Positions 55,852 to 64,000 of a DNA stretch of 64,000 nucleotides are shown one piece after another. The notes beneath the pieces were generated by a model. It searched no databases and had not been told where the DNA came from. It saw only the letters and a program-made list of their open reading frames with translations. The position numbers and the translations under genes were made by a program. Each line of letters begins with the position of its first letter. Position 1 is the stretch's first letter. This DNA is from Candidatus Kuenenia stuttgartensis (lineage in GTDB: Bacteria; Planctomycetota; Planctomycetia; Planctomycetales; Planctomycetaceae). The stretch covers positions 2,436 through 66,435 of the forward strand of contig CAMDRI010000003.1 of the NCBI GenBank assembly GCA_945906725.1, in the 5' to 3' direction.

Positions 55852-56250
55852 ATGTTGCAACTTCCGTTATTCGCCTTTGGCACGTTGCGTCGAGGCGAAT
55901 GCAATCATGGCTGTCTCGCTGGAGCCTTCGACCGAGTTCTACCGGCGCGGTTACCCGGTTTCGCTCAAGTCGCGCCCCTGATGATCGCTCGCGAAGCGGC
56001 TTCTTTGGTGGACGGAGAGCTTTTCTGCCTCACACCCGCGACCTACGAAACCACGCTGTCGGCCTGTGATCGGCTGGAAGAATTGCCAACCGGCAACTTG
56101 ATCGGTCACGAATACCGCCGCACCGCCGTCCGTGTGCAGACAGACTCCGGCGAATTCATCGCCTGGGTCTATGCGAGTCCCGACGCCGAATGTGACGCCG
56201 ACTTGCTGCCGTTGATCACTGCTGAACTGCAACGCATCGAAAACTTGTAG
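55852..56250 (+). CDS. gamma-glutamylcyclotransferase (GGCT/AIG2-like) family protein (132 aa)
   Basis: The sequence MLQLPLFAFGTLRRGECNH... fits the typical (Y/F)GTLRRGE opening. GTG 55849 is an alternative start. Confidence 0.8.
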   Translation: MLQLPLFAFGTLRRGECNHGCLAGAFDRVLPARLPGFAQVAPLMIAREAASLVDGELFCLTPATYETTLSACDRLEELPTGNLIGHEYRRTAVRVQTDSGEFIAWVYASPDAECDADLLPLITAELQRIENL

Positions 56251-56374
56251 AGGCTGAGCGGTGAAGCTCGTCGACTCTTGAAAAACCTCCGAAGTTGTCG
56301 ACTGCACAATCCCACAATCCGGACAAAAAATGATTGTCACCGGCGGCATGCCTCAAATTCGTGACCTAGTTTGA

Positions 56375-57197
56375 AGATGGGTCCCTCCCAAATCGGCGAT
56401 CGTGGTCAGGCCGAATGATGGCCGCTTTGGACCACCGAGGATTCCATCGCCTCACGGTGACCAGGAATTGTCGCTGTTTTTCGCACGGGCGATGGGGAAC
56501 AAAACGGCCGCGCTGATTGTCAAAGCAACCGCCATACTTTCTCCAGGAAGAGGGTTCTACATCCCTCCTGGGAGTGGACTCACCTGTCCGCTGTTGCCAC
56601 TCGTGATCGACGAATTGACTTGAGGCAATCTGGTCCTCAACGGCGTCGGCTCCGACAACTACAAATACAACAGCAAGAGCAACGGGAATGACACAGTGAC
56701 CAGTGGCACGGACGGCATTAAAGAGGTCAACTTTGTATCCTGGCGGAGACAGCAGCGTTCCGTCCGGCAATCGCGGGACCATCGATAGCGGCCCATCGGG
56801 CAACAGCACGGCCGATCTGTCACGACAGATTCGCCATGGCCCCAACGAAGCCGATTTGGTGCATTTCGGTGGCAAAACTCAGATCCCCTCGAGCGGCTTG
56901 ATGCCGGTCAACGGCGACACAGGTCTGAGCGCCGGCATCAAGGACGATCTCGATGCGATCATCGGACAACCGCGAGCCATCGCTGTCTATCGCTCTGTCG
57001 CCGGTCCCGGAAACAACGCCACCTTTCAAATCTGCAAGTTCGTTGGCATTCGGGCTCTGTATGTGAAGCTCACCGGCAGTCCGAGTCAGAAGATGGCCAT
57101 CATCCAACCCGCGCCCGTGTTTTCTGGCACGATCACCAGCACGCCCGGAGCGATGCAGTCGAATTCGATCATGTCTCCGCTGAAGCGGATCCACTGA
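56375..57197 (+). pseudogene. TadG-like (Flp/Tad pilus-associated) protein remnant: N-terminally truncated, in-frame TGA, +1 frameshift
   Basis: Frame A reads ...QELSLFFARAMGNKTAALIVKATAIL...LLPLVIDELT-TGA(56621..56623)-GNLVLNGVGSDNYKYNSKSNGNDTVTSGTDGIKEVNFV. After a 1-nt shift near 56736..56740, frame B reads PGGDSSVPSGNRGTIDSG...AVYRSVAGPGNNATFQICKFVGIRALYVKLTGS. The FFAR.LG...A.A and G.GNNA.F.I..F motifs are TadG-like. The open frame begins only at 56375, so the Tad_N membrane anchor is absent. Confidence 0.55.
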
Positions 57198-57206
57198 TCG
57201 CAGACG

Positions 57207-58508
57207 CTATTGTTGTTGTCCGATGCACATCAACTTCTCTCGACGTTGCCCATCAACTTGGTGCGCGACGCGGAAGTAGATGCGGCTGCCGCAGATCGTC
57301 GGTGTGGCGAAGACTTCTCCGCCCAGCGAGTTCTCGGCGACAAGTTCGAACGCTTCGGGAGTCGCTTGGAAAACGAACGTCTGCCCCGCTTCGTTCGTGG
57401 CGAAGAGGTGCTCGCCGACCAGCGCGGGTGACGCACTGAAGGTTCCGCCGAGTCGGCCCTTCCAGATTTCTTTGCCGGTGTCGCACTTCCAGCACATCGC
57501 CACGCCGGCATCCAGCACCGAGTACAAATAGCCGTCGCGCACCAGCATCGACGGGACGTACACGCGCGAGCCGTTTTCCCACGCGATCTTCCCGGAGCCG
57601 TCGGCTTTTACGGCCGACAGATGATTCTTCGGGTAGCCGCCGCTGGTGAAAATGAGCTGGCCATCGGTCACGGTTGAGGTCACACACTCGGTCGTCGAGC
57701 CTTCGATCTCCCATAGCTTCTTGCCGGTGAGCGGGTCGAAACTGGTCACGAGATCGCAGCCGGTGAAGAATAGCTGCTCGCGACCGGCGACGTTAAGAAT
57801 GATCGGCGACGTGTAGTTTGGGAACTTCGGCCGCTCCTGTTTCCAAACCACCGAGCCGGTCGCACGATCCAGCGCGGCGATGACTCCCGTCCCTTTGTTG
57901 TCGGCCGAGACGATCACCAGCGACCGATAAATCGCCGGCGAAGAACCGAAGCCCTGATGCAAAACGTAGTCGGTGATCTTCGTCTGCCAGAGCTGCTTGC
58001 CGTCGCGATTCAACGCGGTCGTGTAGACCGCTCCGTCATGCAGAAAGTTGATGAACAGCCGCTGTCCATCGCAGGCCACAGTGGATGAAGCCAAAGAACT
58101 CTTCGAGTTGCCCTTCTTGAGCACTGGCTCAAAGGCACCCTGATGAATCTCAGTTTGCCAAACCTTCTCGCCCGTCTGGCGATGGAGGCAGAGCACCGAT
58201 TGCACCTCGCGGTCGTGCTCGGCGGTCGCCAGGAAGACTTGATCGCCAACGACCGTGGGCGAACTGTGGCCGCGGCCCGGAATCGAAGTTTGCCAGAGCA
58301 CGTTCTCGGAGTCGCTCCATTTGAAGGGCGGTTTTTGATCGGCCGACGCGATCCCGTTGCGGTTCGGACCGCGCCACCACGGCCAGTCGGTCGGAGCAAA
58401 CTCGATCCGCTCACCCGGCGACGGCTTGGATGGCTCCGCCGCGAGAACCAATCCGGCACCAGAAATCGCGAGCACAATCAGACCAAACACCAACAGACGT
58501 CGTGACAT
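57207..58508 (-). CDS. PQQ-like/BamB-like beta-propeller repeat protein, secreted (433 aa)
   Basis: Trimmed to ATG 58508 (MSRRLLVFGLIVLAISGAGLVLAAEP), with GGAGAAAGG upstream. The motif DWPWWRGPNRNG is followed by propeller repeats. It is a paralogue of 17201..18442. Confidence 0.88.
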   Translation of the reverse strand: MSRRLLVFGLIVLAISGAGLVLAAEPSKPSPGERIEFAPTDWPWWRGPNRNGIASADQKPPFKWSDSENVLWQTSIPGRGHSSPTVVGDQVFLATAEHDREVQSVLCLHRQTGEKVWQTEIHQGAFEPVLKKGNSKSSLASSTVACDGQRLFINFLHDGAVYTTALNRDGKQLWQTKITDYVLHQGFGSSPAIYRSLVIVSADNKGTGVIAALDRATGSVVWKQERPKFPNYTSPIILNVAGREQLFFTGCDLVTSFDPLTGKKLWEIEGSTTECVTSTVTDGQLIFTSGGYPKNHLSAVKADGSGKIAWENGSRVYVPSMLVRDGYLYSVLDAGVAMCWKCDTGKEIWKGRLGGTFSASPALVGEHLFATNEAGQTFVFQATPEAFELVAENSLGGEVFATPTICGSRIYFRVAHQVDGQRREKLMCIGQQQ

Positions 58509-58774
58509 TGGCGAACCTTTCTCCAATCAGGTGGCTGAAGCGGAGTGGAATGTAGCCCGCACTCAAACGGGCCACAAAGGGCTAGGTCCGATTGCAACGA
58601 TTGCACGGATCGGGCGAGATCCCTCAGGCGGGAAACTGGCCGGTTCTCAATTCCACCGCCGGAAAAGTTCTGCCCCCTATTTTTCCGCAGAGCAACCACC
58701 GTTGCGTTCGGAGAACACTCCCCGTGTGCCTGAAGGGCATTGGCTCATGATCCGTTCCTGGAATCGTCTCGCAG

Positions 58775-59584
58775 TTGGCATTTCTGCTGATACTGGGAGT
58801 CTGTGCGGTGATGATTCTGCGGCCAGCCGAGTTGTTTCCTGCACTGGATATCGTCCCGATCTACGAGTCGCTGATCGTGGGGGCTTTGGTCTGCGGGCAC
58901 GCTGGCCTGAAACGACATTTCCAGTGGCGGAATCTGACTCAGCAACCAGCGATGCTGTATGTGGTCGGAGTTTTGATCGCGATCGCGCTGTCACACCTGC
59001 GACGTTTCTATCTGCACGGCGTGAAGGAAGGCTCGATCGACTTCCTCAAGGTGCTGTTGTTGTTCGGCTTGGTCGTTTCGCAGACCGACACGGTGTTCCG
59101 GCTGAAGACGCTGCTGGCCGTCATCGCCGTCACGGCGACGATCACCGTGACGATGTGCGTACTCGATTTCTACAGCTTCGCGGATTTCGAGTTCATCACG
59201 CACATCTCCGACGTGGACGGATTGACGGACGTGAATGAACTCCGTCGCGTGTCGCGAATGCGAGGCACTGGTATCTTTCAAGCCCCGAATGATCTCTCGC
59301 TGCTGATCGTATTTGCGGGAGCCATCTGGGCGCCGATCCTGTGGGATCGGTCGCTTGGTCCGCTGCGTTTCGTGTCGCTGGGACCGTTGGTATTACTGGT
59401 CACGGGTTTGTTCTACACGAAGTCGCGCGGCGGCCTTTTGGCGGCAGCGGGCGCGTTCCTGCCCATCTTGCTTTGCCAATACGGATGCAAAATGGCAATC
59501 GTTGTCGGCTTGATGTGCTTGAGCGCGTGCGAGCCGCACCGTAGAACGGACGCCTACGTCCGTTCGATCCGACGTTACCCGTGA
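58775..59584 (+). CDS. O-antigen ligase (Wzy_C)-like membrane protein, apparently 3'-truncated (269 aa)
   Basis: The signature is RMRGTGIFQAPNDLSLLIVFAGAI...LLVTGLFYTKSRGGLLAAAGAF. The ORF ends about 45 aa after SRGG, inside repeat sequence (...EPHRRTDAYVRSIRRYP-TGA). The start is TTG 58775 or a downstream GTG/ATG, and is uncertain. Confidence 0.55.
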   Translation: MAFLLILGVCAVMILRPAELFPALDIVPIYESLIVGALVCGHAGLKRHFQWRNLTQQPAMLYVVGVLIAIALSHLRRFYLHGVKEGSIDFLKVLLLFGLVVSQTDTVFRLKTLLAVIAVTATITVTMCVLDFYSFADFEFITHISDVDGLTDVNELRRVSRMRGTGIFQAPNDLSLLIVFAGAIWAPILWDRSLGPLRFVSLGPLVLLVTGLFYTKSRGGLLAAAGAFLPILLCQYGCKMAIVVGLMCLSACEPHRRTDAYVRSIRRYP

Positions 59585-59613
59585 AGCGTTCGCCCTCACT
59601 GACGCTTCGGGTT
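59546..59613. repeat. short perfect hairpin plus degenerate PE-1 copy D
   Basis: gaacggacg-ccta-cgtccgttc lies at 59546..59567. At 59577..59613 the read is acccgtgaagcgt + tcgccctcactgacgcttcgggtt. The right arm is intact and the left arm is internally deleted. Confidence 0.7.
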
Positions 59614-59626
59614 ACTATTTCTCGCC

Positions 59627-60904
59627 ATGAGCACCACCCAGAATAAACAGCTTCGGGCCGGCATGGTCGGCATGGGAATGATCTTCGACGAGACGTATCG
59701 CCCGTTCTTCGAGCGAGCACACGTCACCGGCGTCTACGACCGAAAGTTCGGCGATGTTGATGTCCCGCTGACGTCGGTCGCATCGAGAACCGGCAGTCGT
59801 GCCGAGAAATATCGAGCCGAAGCCGGCAACTCGATCGGCCCTTTTCAAAACTTTGCGGGCAACGATTGCGTGCCGAAACTGCTGGCGGCCGGAGTCGATT
59901 TTGCCTGCGTCGCGACCCCCGACAATCGGCACTTCGAGGGGGCCAAGCAAATCCTCGAAGCCGGGGTGCATCTGCTAATCGAGAAGCCGTCGGTACTGAC
60001 GCTGCAAGAACTCGACGAACTGGTCGCGATCGCCAAAAAGAAAAACGTGCTGGCGAAAGTCGTCTATCACAAATTGCTCGACCCGGATCACAAGCGGCTG
60101 CGGACGCTGGTTGCCGACAACGTGCTGCAACACGTCAACAACGGCTACTGCTCGCTGTTGGAACCGAAGTCAATTTCCGGCGGACAGTTCGCCGAATGGA
60201 TCAAGGGCCGCAACCCCGGCACCTACGTCGCGGTGCATTACGTCAAACTGATCGATTTCAGTTTCGGAGGCCGATTGAGAACCATCACCGCGACCGGCCA
60301 GCGAGGCATCGTCGGACCGAAGGACGGCCCGACGTGGGACAGCAATCAGATGCGGATGGTCTACGAATACGCCGACGGTCGCGAGGCGGCGTTCGACATT
60401 CACACCTCTTGGGTCACTCCCGATAACTTCCCCGGCTACGTCGAACAAGAAGTCCAATTCCGCTTCGACAACGGCGTCTGGAACGGCCACTCTCGTAAGC
60501 GAGGTATCGAGCTAACCGTCGAGGGCAAGACGCCGATCGAGCTGAAGACCACGATCAACACGCACTACAACGGCAAGTGCTTGGAACCGTGGGGCGAGCG
60601 TGCTCAACGCGGCTACGGCATCGAAGTCATCGAACGTTTCGTGCGTGAGTTGGCCTACGTCGAACACGCCGGCGATGCGTCCGGCCGAGCCGCTCGATTG
60701 GCCGAAGTCCAAAAACTCTCGTACAACGACCTCGCCTCCGACCGCCAAACCGTCGCAGCCGTGCAAGCTCTTGAATGGATCCTCGCTCACGCAGCAAACG
60801 GCGAACCGGACTGCGTTGTCCGAGTCAACGGTTCGCACGGCGGCCTCGTGCTGTATCGTCCAGGCAGCGACGAACCCGAAGTTCTGTACGCTCCGCGTGT
60901 GTGA
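59627..60904 (+). CDS. Gfo/Idh/MocA family oxidoreductase (425 aa)
   Basis: The Rossmann opening is LRAGMVGMGMIF and the EKP motif is HLLIEKPSVLT. A long C-terminal alpha/beta domain follows. Confidence 0.9.
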   Translation: MSTTQNKQLRAGMVGMGMIFDETYRPFFERAHVTGVYDRKFGDVDVPLTSVASRTGSRAEKYRAEAGNSIGPFQNFAGNDCVPKLLAAGVDFACVATPDNRHFEGAKQILEAGVHLLIEKPSVLTLQELDELVAIAKKKNVLAKVVYHKLLDPDHKRLRTLVADNVLQHVNNGYCSLLEPKSISGGQFAEWIKGRNPGTYVAVHYVKLIDFSFGGRLRTITATGQRGIVGPKDGPTWDSNQMRMVYEYADGREAAFDIHTSWVTPDNFPGYVEQEVQFRFDNGVWNGHSRKRGIELTVEGKTPIELKTTINTHYNGKCLEPWGERAQRGYGIEVIERFVRELAYVEHAGDASGRAARLAEVQKLSYNDLASDRQTVAAVQALEWILAHAANGEPDCVVRVNGSHGGLVLYRPGSDEPEVLYAPRV

Positions 60905-60908
60905 TGAT

Positions 60909-61247
60909 ATGGACGATTCTGTTGCGAACGTAGAACTTGTCGAACTCACTGCCGAAGGCGTGCGTCTGCCGGTTCGTATTGAAATTGGCCAACCACGCCC
61001 GGATGGGCGAGGCGCATGGGACTGTCCCGTCCTTGTAGACGGCATTGATGGTAAGCTGCGACACGCCTACGGAGAGTATTCGCTACAGGCACTTCGTCTG
61101 GGGCTTCGGCTCGTTCACACGCTTTTGGAGTGCGGCCTGAAGCAAGGCAGTCGTCTCATTGATCCGGTTGAAGGAACAGATTTTCCATTGGATGCATACT
61201 TTGGCGTTTCATCAGTCGAAATCACGAGGCCGTCGCTCCAGTCTTGA
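60909..61247 (+). CDS. small hypothetical protein (112 aa)
   Basis: ATG 60909 lies 4 nt after the oxidoreductase stop and is the in-frame tail of track ORF 60600..61247. The sequence is MDDSVANVELVELTAEGVRLPVRIEIGQPRPDGRGAWDCPVLVDGIDGKLRHAYGEYSLQALRLGLRLVHTLLE. No family assigned. Confidence 0.6.
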   Translation: MDDSVANVELVELTAEGVRLPVRIEIGQPRPDGRGAWDCPVLVDGIDGKLRHAYGEYSLQALRLGLRLVHTLLECGLKQGSRLIDPVEGTDFPLDAYFGVSSVEITRPSLQS

Positions 61248-61271
61248 ATAGTTGCATGGAAGGATTCGACG

Positions 61272-62354
61272 TTGTCCGCTTCTGATCTGCTGCTCGCGAT
61301 TGAATCTTCGTGTGACGAAACCGCGGCGGCGGTCATTCGGCGAGACTTGTCCGTCTTGTCGAACGTCGTCGCCAGCCAGAATGAATTGCATGAGCGGTTC
61401 GGCGGCGTCGTTCCGGAGATCGCTTCGCGAGCACACGTTCGCTGCATCCTGCCGGTCATCGACGAGGCGTTGCGAAAGGCGAACGTGAAGTTCGGCGAGC
61501 TTTCGGCCATTGCGGTTGTCACTCAGCCAGGATTGGTTGGCTCACTGCTGGTGGGACTGACGGCCGCGAAGACGCTGGCACTCGCGACGGGCTTGCCGCT
61601 GGTGGCTGTCAATCACATCGAAGCGCACCTCTACGCTTGCCGGATGCAAGCCGGGCGAGACATCTTTCCGGCGATCGGTTTGGTCGTCAGCGGCGGACAC
61701 TCCAACTTGTACGACTGCCACGGTCCGACCGATTTCGAGTGGCTCGGCGCGACGATCGACGACGCGGCGGGCGAAGCGTTCGACAAGGTCGCGCAGATTC
61801 TCAGACTCTCCTACCCTGGCGGCCCCGCGATTGAGCAAGCTGCGCTCAACGGCGATCCAAAGGCGTTCAACTTCCCGCGAGTGTTTCTCAAAGAGGAGCG
61901 GCTCGAATTCAGTTTCAGCGGACTGAAGACAGCCGTGCTCTACAAGGCCACCGGCATCCCCGGCTCGCGCGAGCCGGTCCCTGAGCTGACTCCACAACGA
62001 GTCGCCGATCTCGCCGCAAGCTTTCAAGCCGCCGCTCTCGAAGTTCTCGTCGGCAAATGCCGGCAAGCTCTGCAGAAACGGGATCGCACTCGGCTGCTGG
62101 TCGGCGGCGGAGTGGCGGCCAACAGCGTATTTCGGCTACGGCTTGAAGAGATGTGTCGCCGCCAGCGAGTTGAACTTTTCATCGCTCCGCGCGAAATGTG
62201 TACCGACAACGCCGCGATGGGAGCCATCGCCTGGGAATTGCTCACTCAAGGGCAGATCGCCCCGCTGGACCTTGACGTCACACCCGGCTTGGTCCGAAAA
62301 CCAAAGTCGACCCCGACACCCGCTTCATCGAGGCAGCCGTCGAACAATCCATGA
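61272..62354 (+). CDS. tsaD: tRNA N6-adenosine threonylcarbamoyltransferase TsaD (360 aa)
   Basis: TTG 61272 has GGAAGGA 7 nt upstream. Motifs are [37 protein letters not shown] and SGGHSNL, plus the C-terminal [10 protein letters not shown]. Confidence 0.93.
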   Translation: MSASDLLLAIESSCDETAAAVIRRDLSVLSNVVASQNELHERFGGVVPEIASRAHVRCILPVIDEALRKANVKFGELSAIAVVTQPGLVGSLLVGLTAAKTLALATGLPLVAVNHIEAHLYACRMQAGRDIFPAIGLVVSGGHSNLYDCHGPTDFEWLGATIDDAAGEAFDKVAQILRLSYPGGPAIEQAALNGDPKAFNFPRVFLKEERLEFSFSGLKTAVLYKATGIPGSREPVPELTPQRVADLAASFQAAALEVLVGKCRQALQKRDRTRLLVGGGVAANSVFRLRLEEMCRRQRVELFIAPREMCTDNAAMGAIAWELLTQGQIAPLDLDVTPGLVRKPKSTPTPASSRQPSNNP

Positions 62355-63283
62355 AAACCACCTTCGGAAAAAATGCTCGTGACGATGTGCCGCTATCGGA
62401 CCCGACGGCTCTGGCCAAATTCGGCAAGCTGGAAGTTGTCGCGAAGTTGGTCGTCGAAGGCTATTTGATCGGGCAGCACAAGAGTCCGTTCAAAGGGGCC
62501 AGCATCGAGTTCGTCGAGCATCGGCAATACTACCCCGGTGACGAAATCCGGCACATCGACTGGCGAGCGTTCGGAAAAACGGGCAAGTACTACATTAAGG
62601 AATACGAGGACGAAACCAACCTGCGGGCGTACCTGCTGGTCGATGCGTCGGGCAGCATGAACTACGCTGGGAAGACGCTGAGCAAATGGCATTACGCTCG
62701 GCAGGTGGCGGCGGCGATGGGTTATCTTTTGCTGTCGCAGCGCGACTCTGTCGGGCTGATGACCTTCGACACAGCCGTGCGTGACATTGCTGAGCCGTCC
62801 ACGGCAGCTCATAGTTTTGAACGGATCACGGCTCTGCTCAGTGAACGAGAACCCGGTGGCGAGACGAGTCTCGGCGATGTGCTGGCTGGGATCGTTCCGA
62901 CGCTCAAACGGCGCAGCCTGGTGTTTGTCGTCAGCGATTTGTTTGATAAGGTCGACAAGGTCCTGGCGGCGATGAAGGAGTTGCGGCACTCGCGACACGA
63001 AGTCGTGTTGCTGCACGTCGTCGCTCCGGAAGAAGAAGAGTTTCCGTTCGCTCGGCCGACGAAGTTCCGTAACCTCGAAATGCTGACGAATCGAGTGCTG
63101 GTGGACCCGCATCGGTTGCGCAAGCACTACCTTGAAAACTATCGCTGCTTCTGCAAAGAGTTGGCGGCGGGTTGCGGAGCGCTCGGCTGCGACTACTTCA
63201 AGCTGCGGACGACCGATCCGTACGATCGCGCGTTGGGCGAGTACCTCGACACACGATCTCGCGGACGACGCGGAGGGCGGTGA
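62351..63283 (+). CDS. DUF58 domain protein (vWA-like, MoxR-associated family), 310 aa
   Basis: ATG 62351 overlaps the tsaD stop (ATGA). Motifs are [45 protein letters not shown] and LLVDASGSM. Confidence 0.88.
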   Translation: MKTTFGKNARDDVPLSDPTALAKFGKLEVVAKLVVEGYLIGQHKSPFKGASIEFVEHRQYYPGDEIRHIDWRAFGKTGKYYIKEYEDETNLRAYLLVDASGSMNYAGKTLSKWHYARQVAAAMGYLLLSQRDSVGLMTFDTAVRDIAEPSTAAHSFERITALLSEREPGGETSLGDVLAGIVPTLKRRSLVFVVSDLFDKVDKVLAAMKELRHSRHEVVLLHVVAPEEEEFPFARPTKFRNLEMLTNRVLVDPHRLRKHYLENYRCFCKELAAGCGALGCDYFKLRTTDPYDRALGEYLDTRSRGRRGGR

Positions 63284-63293
63284 GCGGGGAGGA

Positions 63294-63339
63294 TTTTCGA
63301 TTGATGATTTGAACCGCAATCCAAATCCCCAATCGAAAA
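63294..63339. repeat. perfect 10-bp inverted repeat (ttttcgattg / caatcgaaaa) with 26-nt spacer
   Basis: Read directly at 63294..63303 and 63330..63339, in an AT-rich gap between DUF58 and the small basic ORF. Confidence 0.7.
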
Positions 63340-63374
63340 TCGCAAATGTAAAACATCTCATAAAGGAATGAAGA

Positions 63375-63554
63375 ATGACTGGCTACACGGTTCACTCCGG
63401 CACCACGGTCAAGTTTTCGGAAAGCTGGGACCGCATCTTCCAAGAGGGTGCCGCGAAATCCACCACGGCCAAAAAGTCGCCAAAGAAGAAACCTGCGAGC
63501 GGGGCCGCGAAGGCAAAAGCTCGCGGGAAGCGTGCCGGGAAGAAGAAACGTTGA
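63375..63554 (+). CDS. small Lys-rich basic protein (59 aa), not in the ORF track
   Basis: ATG 63375 has AAGGA 7 nt upstream. The sequence is MTGYTVHSGTTVKFSESWDRIFQEGAAKSTTAKKSPKKKPASGAAKAKARGKRAGKKKR, with TGA at 63552..63554. The track lists only the out-of-frame ORF 63368..63649. Confidence 0.5.
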   Translation: MTGYTVHSGTTVKFSESWDRIFQEGAAKSTTAKKSPKKKPASGAAKAKARGKRAGKKKR

Positions 63555-63565
63555 ACGAAGGTGAC

Positions 63566-63817
63566 TTAGGACTTCGCTTGGCTAGATGGCTTCTTGCGAC
63601 CGGTCAATTTGGAGACCGGAACGTGGGCCTTGCGAATGGCCAGAAGTAGGTCCAGCCAAGTCACGACCTCGAGCCCCGATGTGCAGATGCCGAGAATCAG
63701 GAACTCAGGACGGTAGTGGTAGCCCCAAAACAGCAGGCCCGCACTGAGCACGAACGAGAGCGTCGCGAGAGCCAGCTTGGCTTTGATCGACTGCCTGATC
63801 TGAGCCGCTTGGTACAA
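63566..63817 (-). CDS. small two-helix membrane protein (83 aa), hypothetical
   Basis: Two hydrophobic helices (LALATLSFVLSAGLLFWGY, FLILGICTSGLEVVTWLDLLLAI) and a basic tail. It is convergent with the small basic ORF. Confidence 0.45.
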   Translation of the reverse strand: MYQAAQIRQSIKAKLALATLSFVLSAGLLFWGYHYRPEFLILGICTSGLEVVTWLDLLLAIRKAHVPVSKLTGRKKPSSQAKS

Positions 63818-64000
63818 TCAGGCAAATCCTGTCGGCGGAGCGACGGCCGACCTTGTTGACCGGTCGATTTCGACTCACCCATAATCGGTCGTCGGGGTAT
63901 GCAGAGTCTTGGCTGAAGTTGGAGACGAACGCCATGTCGGGGTGGCTCTCGCGAGCGAAAGGAGCTTTGAGCGGTCGTGAGGCCGAAGTTGCTCTCGAAC

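Noticed and set aside
62393-63361. 322-aa minus-strand ORF.
   Set aside because: It is antisense to the DUF58 gene, and the DUF58 signature (HIDWRA...LLVDASGSM) is only on the plus strand.
63934-64000. Possible start of a plus-strand gene (ATG 63934, MSGWLSRAKGALSGREAEVALE..., GGAG 9 nt upstream) running off the right edge.
   Set aside because: Only 22 codons are visible, which is too short to judge coding potential or family.
1-64000. Scan for CRISPR arrays, rRNA, tRNA, tmRNA, RNase P and SRP consensus blocks.
   Set aside because: I saw no regularly spaced direct repeats and no conserved RNA-gene consensus stretches by eye. This is a manual scan only, so Infernal and tRNAscan should confirm it.

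Overview
This is a GC-rich bacterial chromosomal window with about 60 protein-coding genes. I found no rRNA, tRNA or CRISPR array by eye. The gene content points, by inference only, to Planctomycetota (Pirellulales-like). The supporting genes are two Tat-signal DUF1501 proteins, two PQQ/BamB-like beta-propellers, an H4MPT-type formyltransferase (Ftr/FhcD), an HTTM protein, xylose-isomerase-like TIM barrels, multi-PAS and FHA sensor kinases, and an ECF sigma factor. Palindromic intergenic repeats whose spurious translations read NPKRQRGR / PSLTLRV fit the same picture. Housekeeping genes I recognise are uvdE, tspO, ald, glgA, fabF-acpP, clpC, hemL, deoC, an HU gene, scpB, fadI-fadJ and tsaD. 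ORF-track starts were trimmed to starts with a Shine-Dalgarno-like motif. Five gene junctions overlap as ATGA, at 274/271, 1437/1434, 17204/17201, 43644/43647 and 62351/62354. The items most worth a second look are: (1) A four-gene minus-strand operon at 10790..14751. It combines a membrane-anchored GspE/PilB/ArlI-family ATPase, a CvpA-like membrane protein, a single-domain KaiC/ArlH-like ATPase and a CheY-type receiver. No PilC/GspF platform, pilin or secretin gene is present in the window. (2) A palindromic repeat family with arms AACCCGAAGCGTCAGCGAGGGCG / CGCCCTCGCTGACGCTTCGGGTT, present in four copies. Two copies supply the stop codon of the upstream ORF. A second GGGAGAGGG-type hairpin repeat family is also present. 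(3) Three decay spots. The first holds a truncated integrase, an IS1595 fragment and a GT9 remnant at 2.7-4.0 kb. The second holds an ECF sigma gene with an in-frame TAA, truncated by an IS701-like remnant, at 34.9-35.9 kb. The third holds a TadG-like pseudogene at 56.4-57.2 kb and a truncated O-antigen-ligase-like gene at 58.8-59.6 kb. (4) A heptanucleotide repeat (GCCGATG x4), flanked by a perfect 12-bp inverted repeat, lies inside a YfhO-like membrane protein gene. (5) A UvdE::GIY-YIG nuclease fusion is translationally coupled to tspO. (6) An isolated ftr/fhcD gene has its stop overlapping the start of a 679-aa polytopic membrane protein. All family assignments come from reading the translations, with no database search, and should be confirmed with HMM searches.
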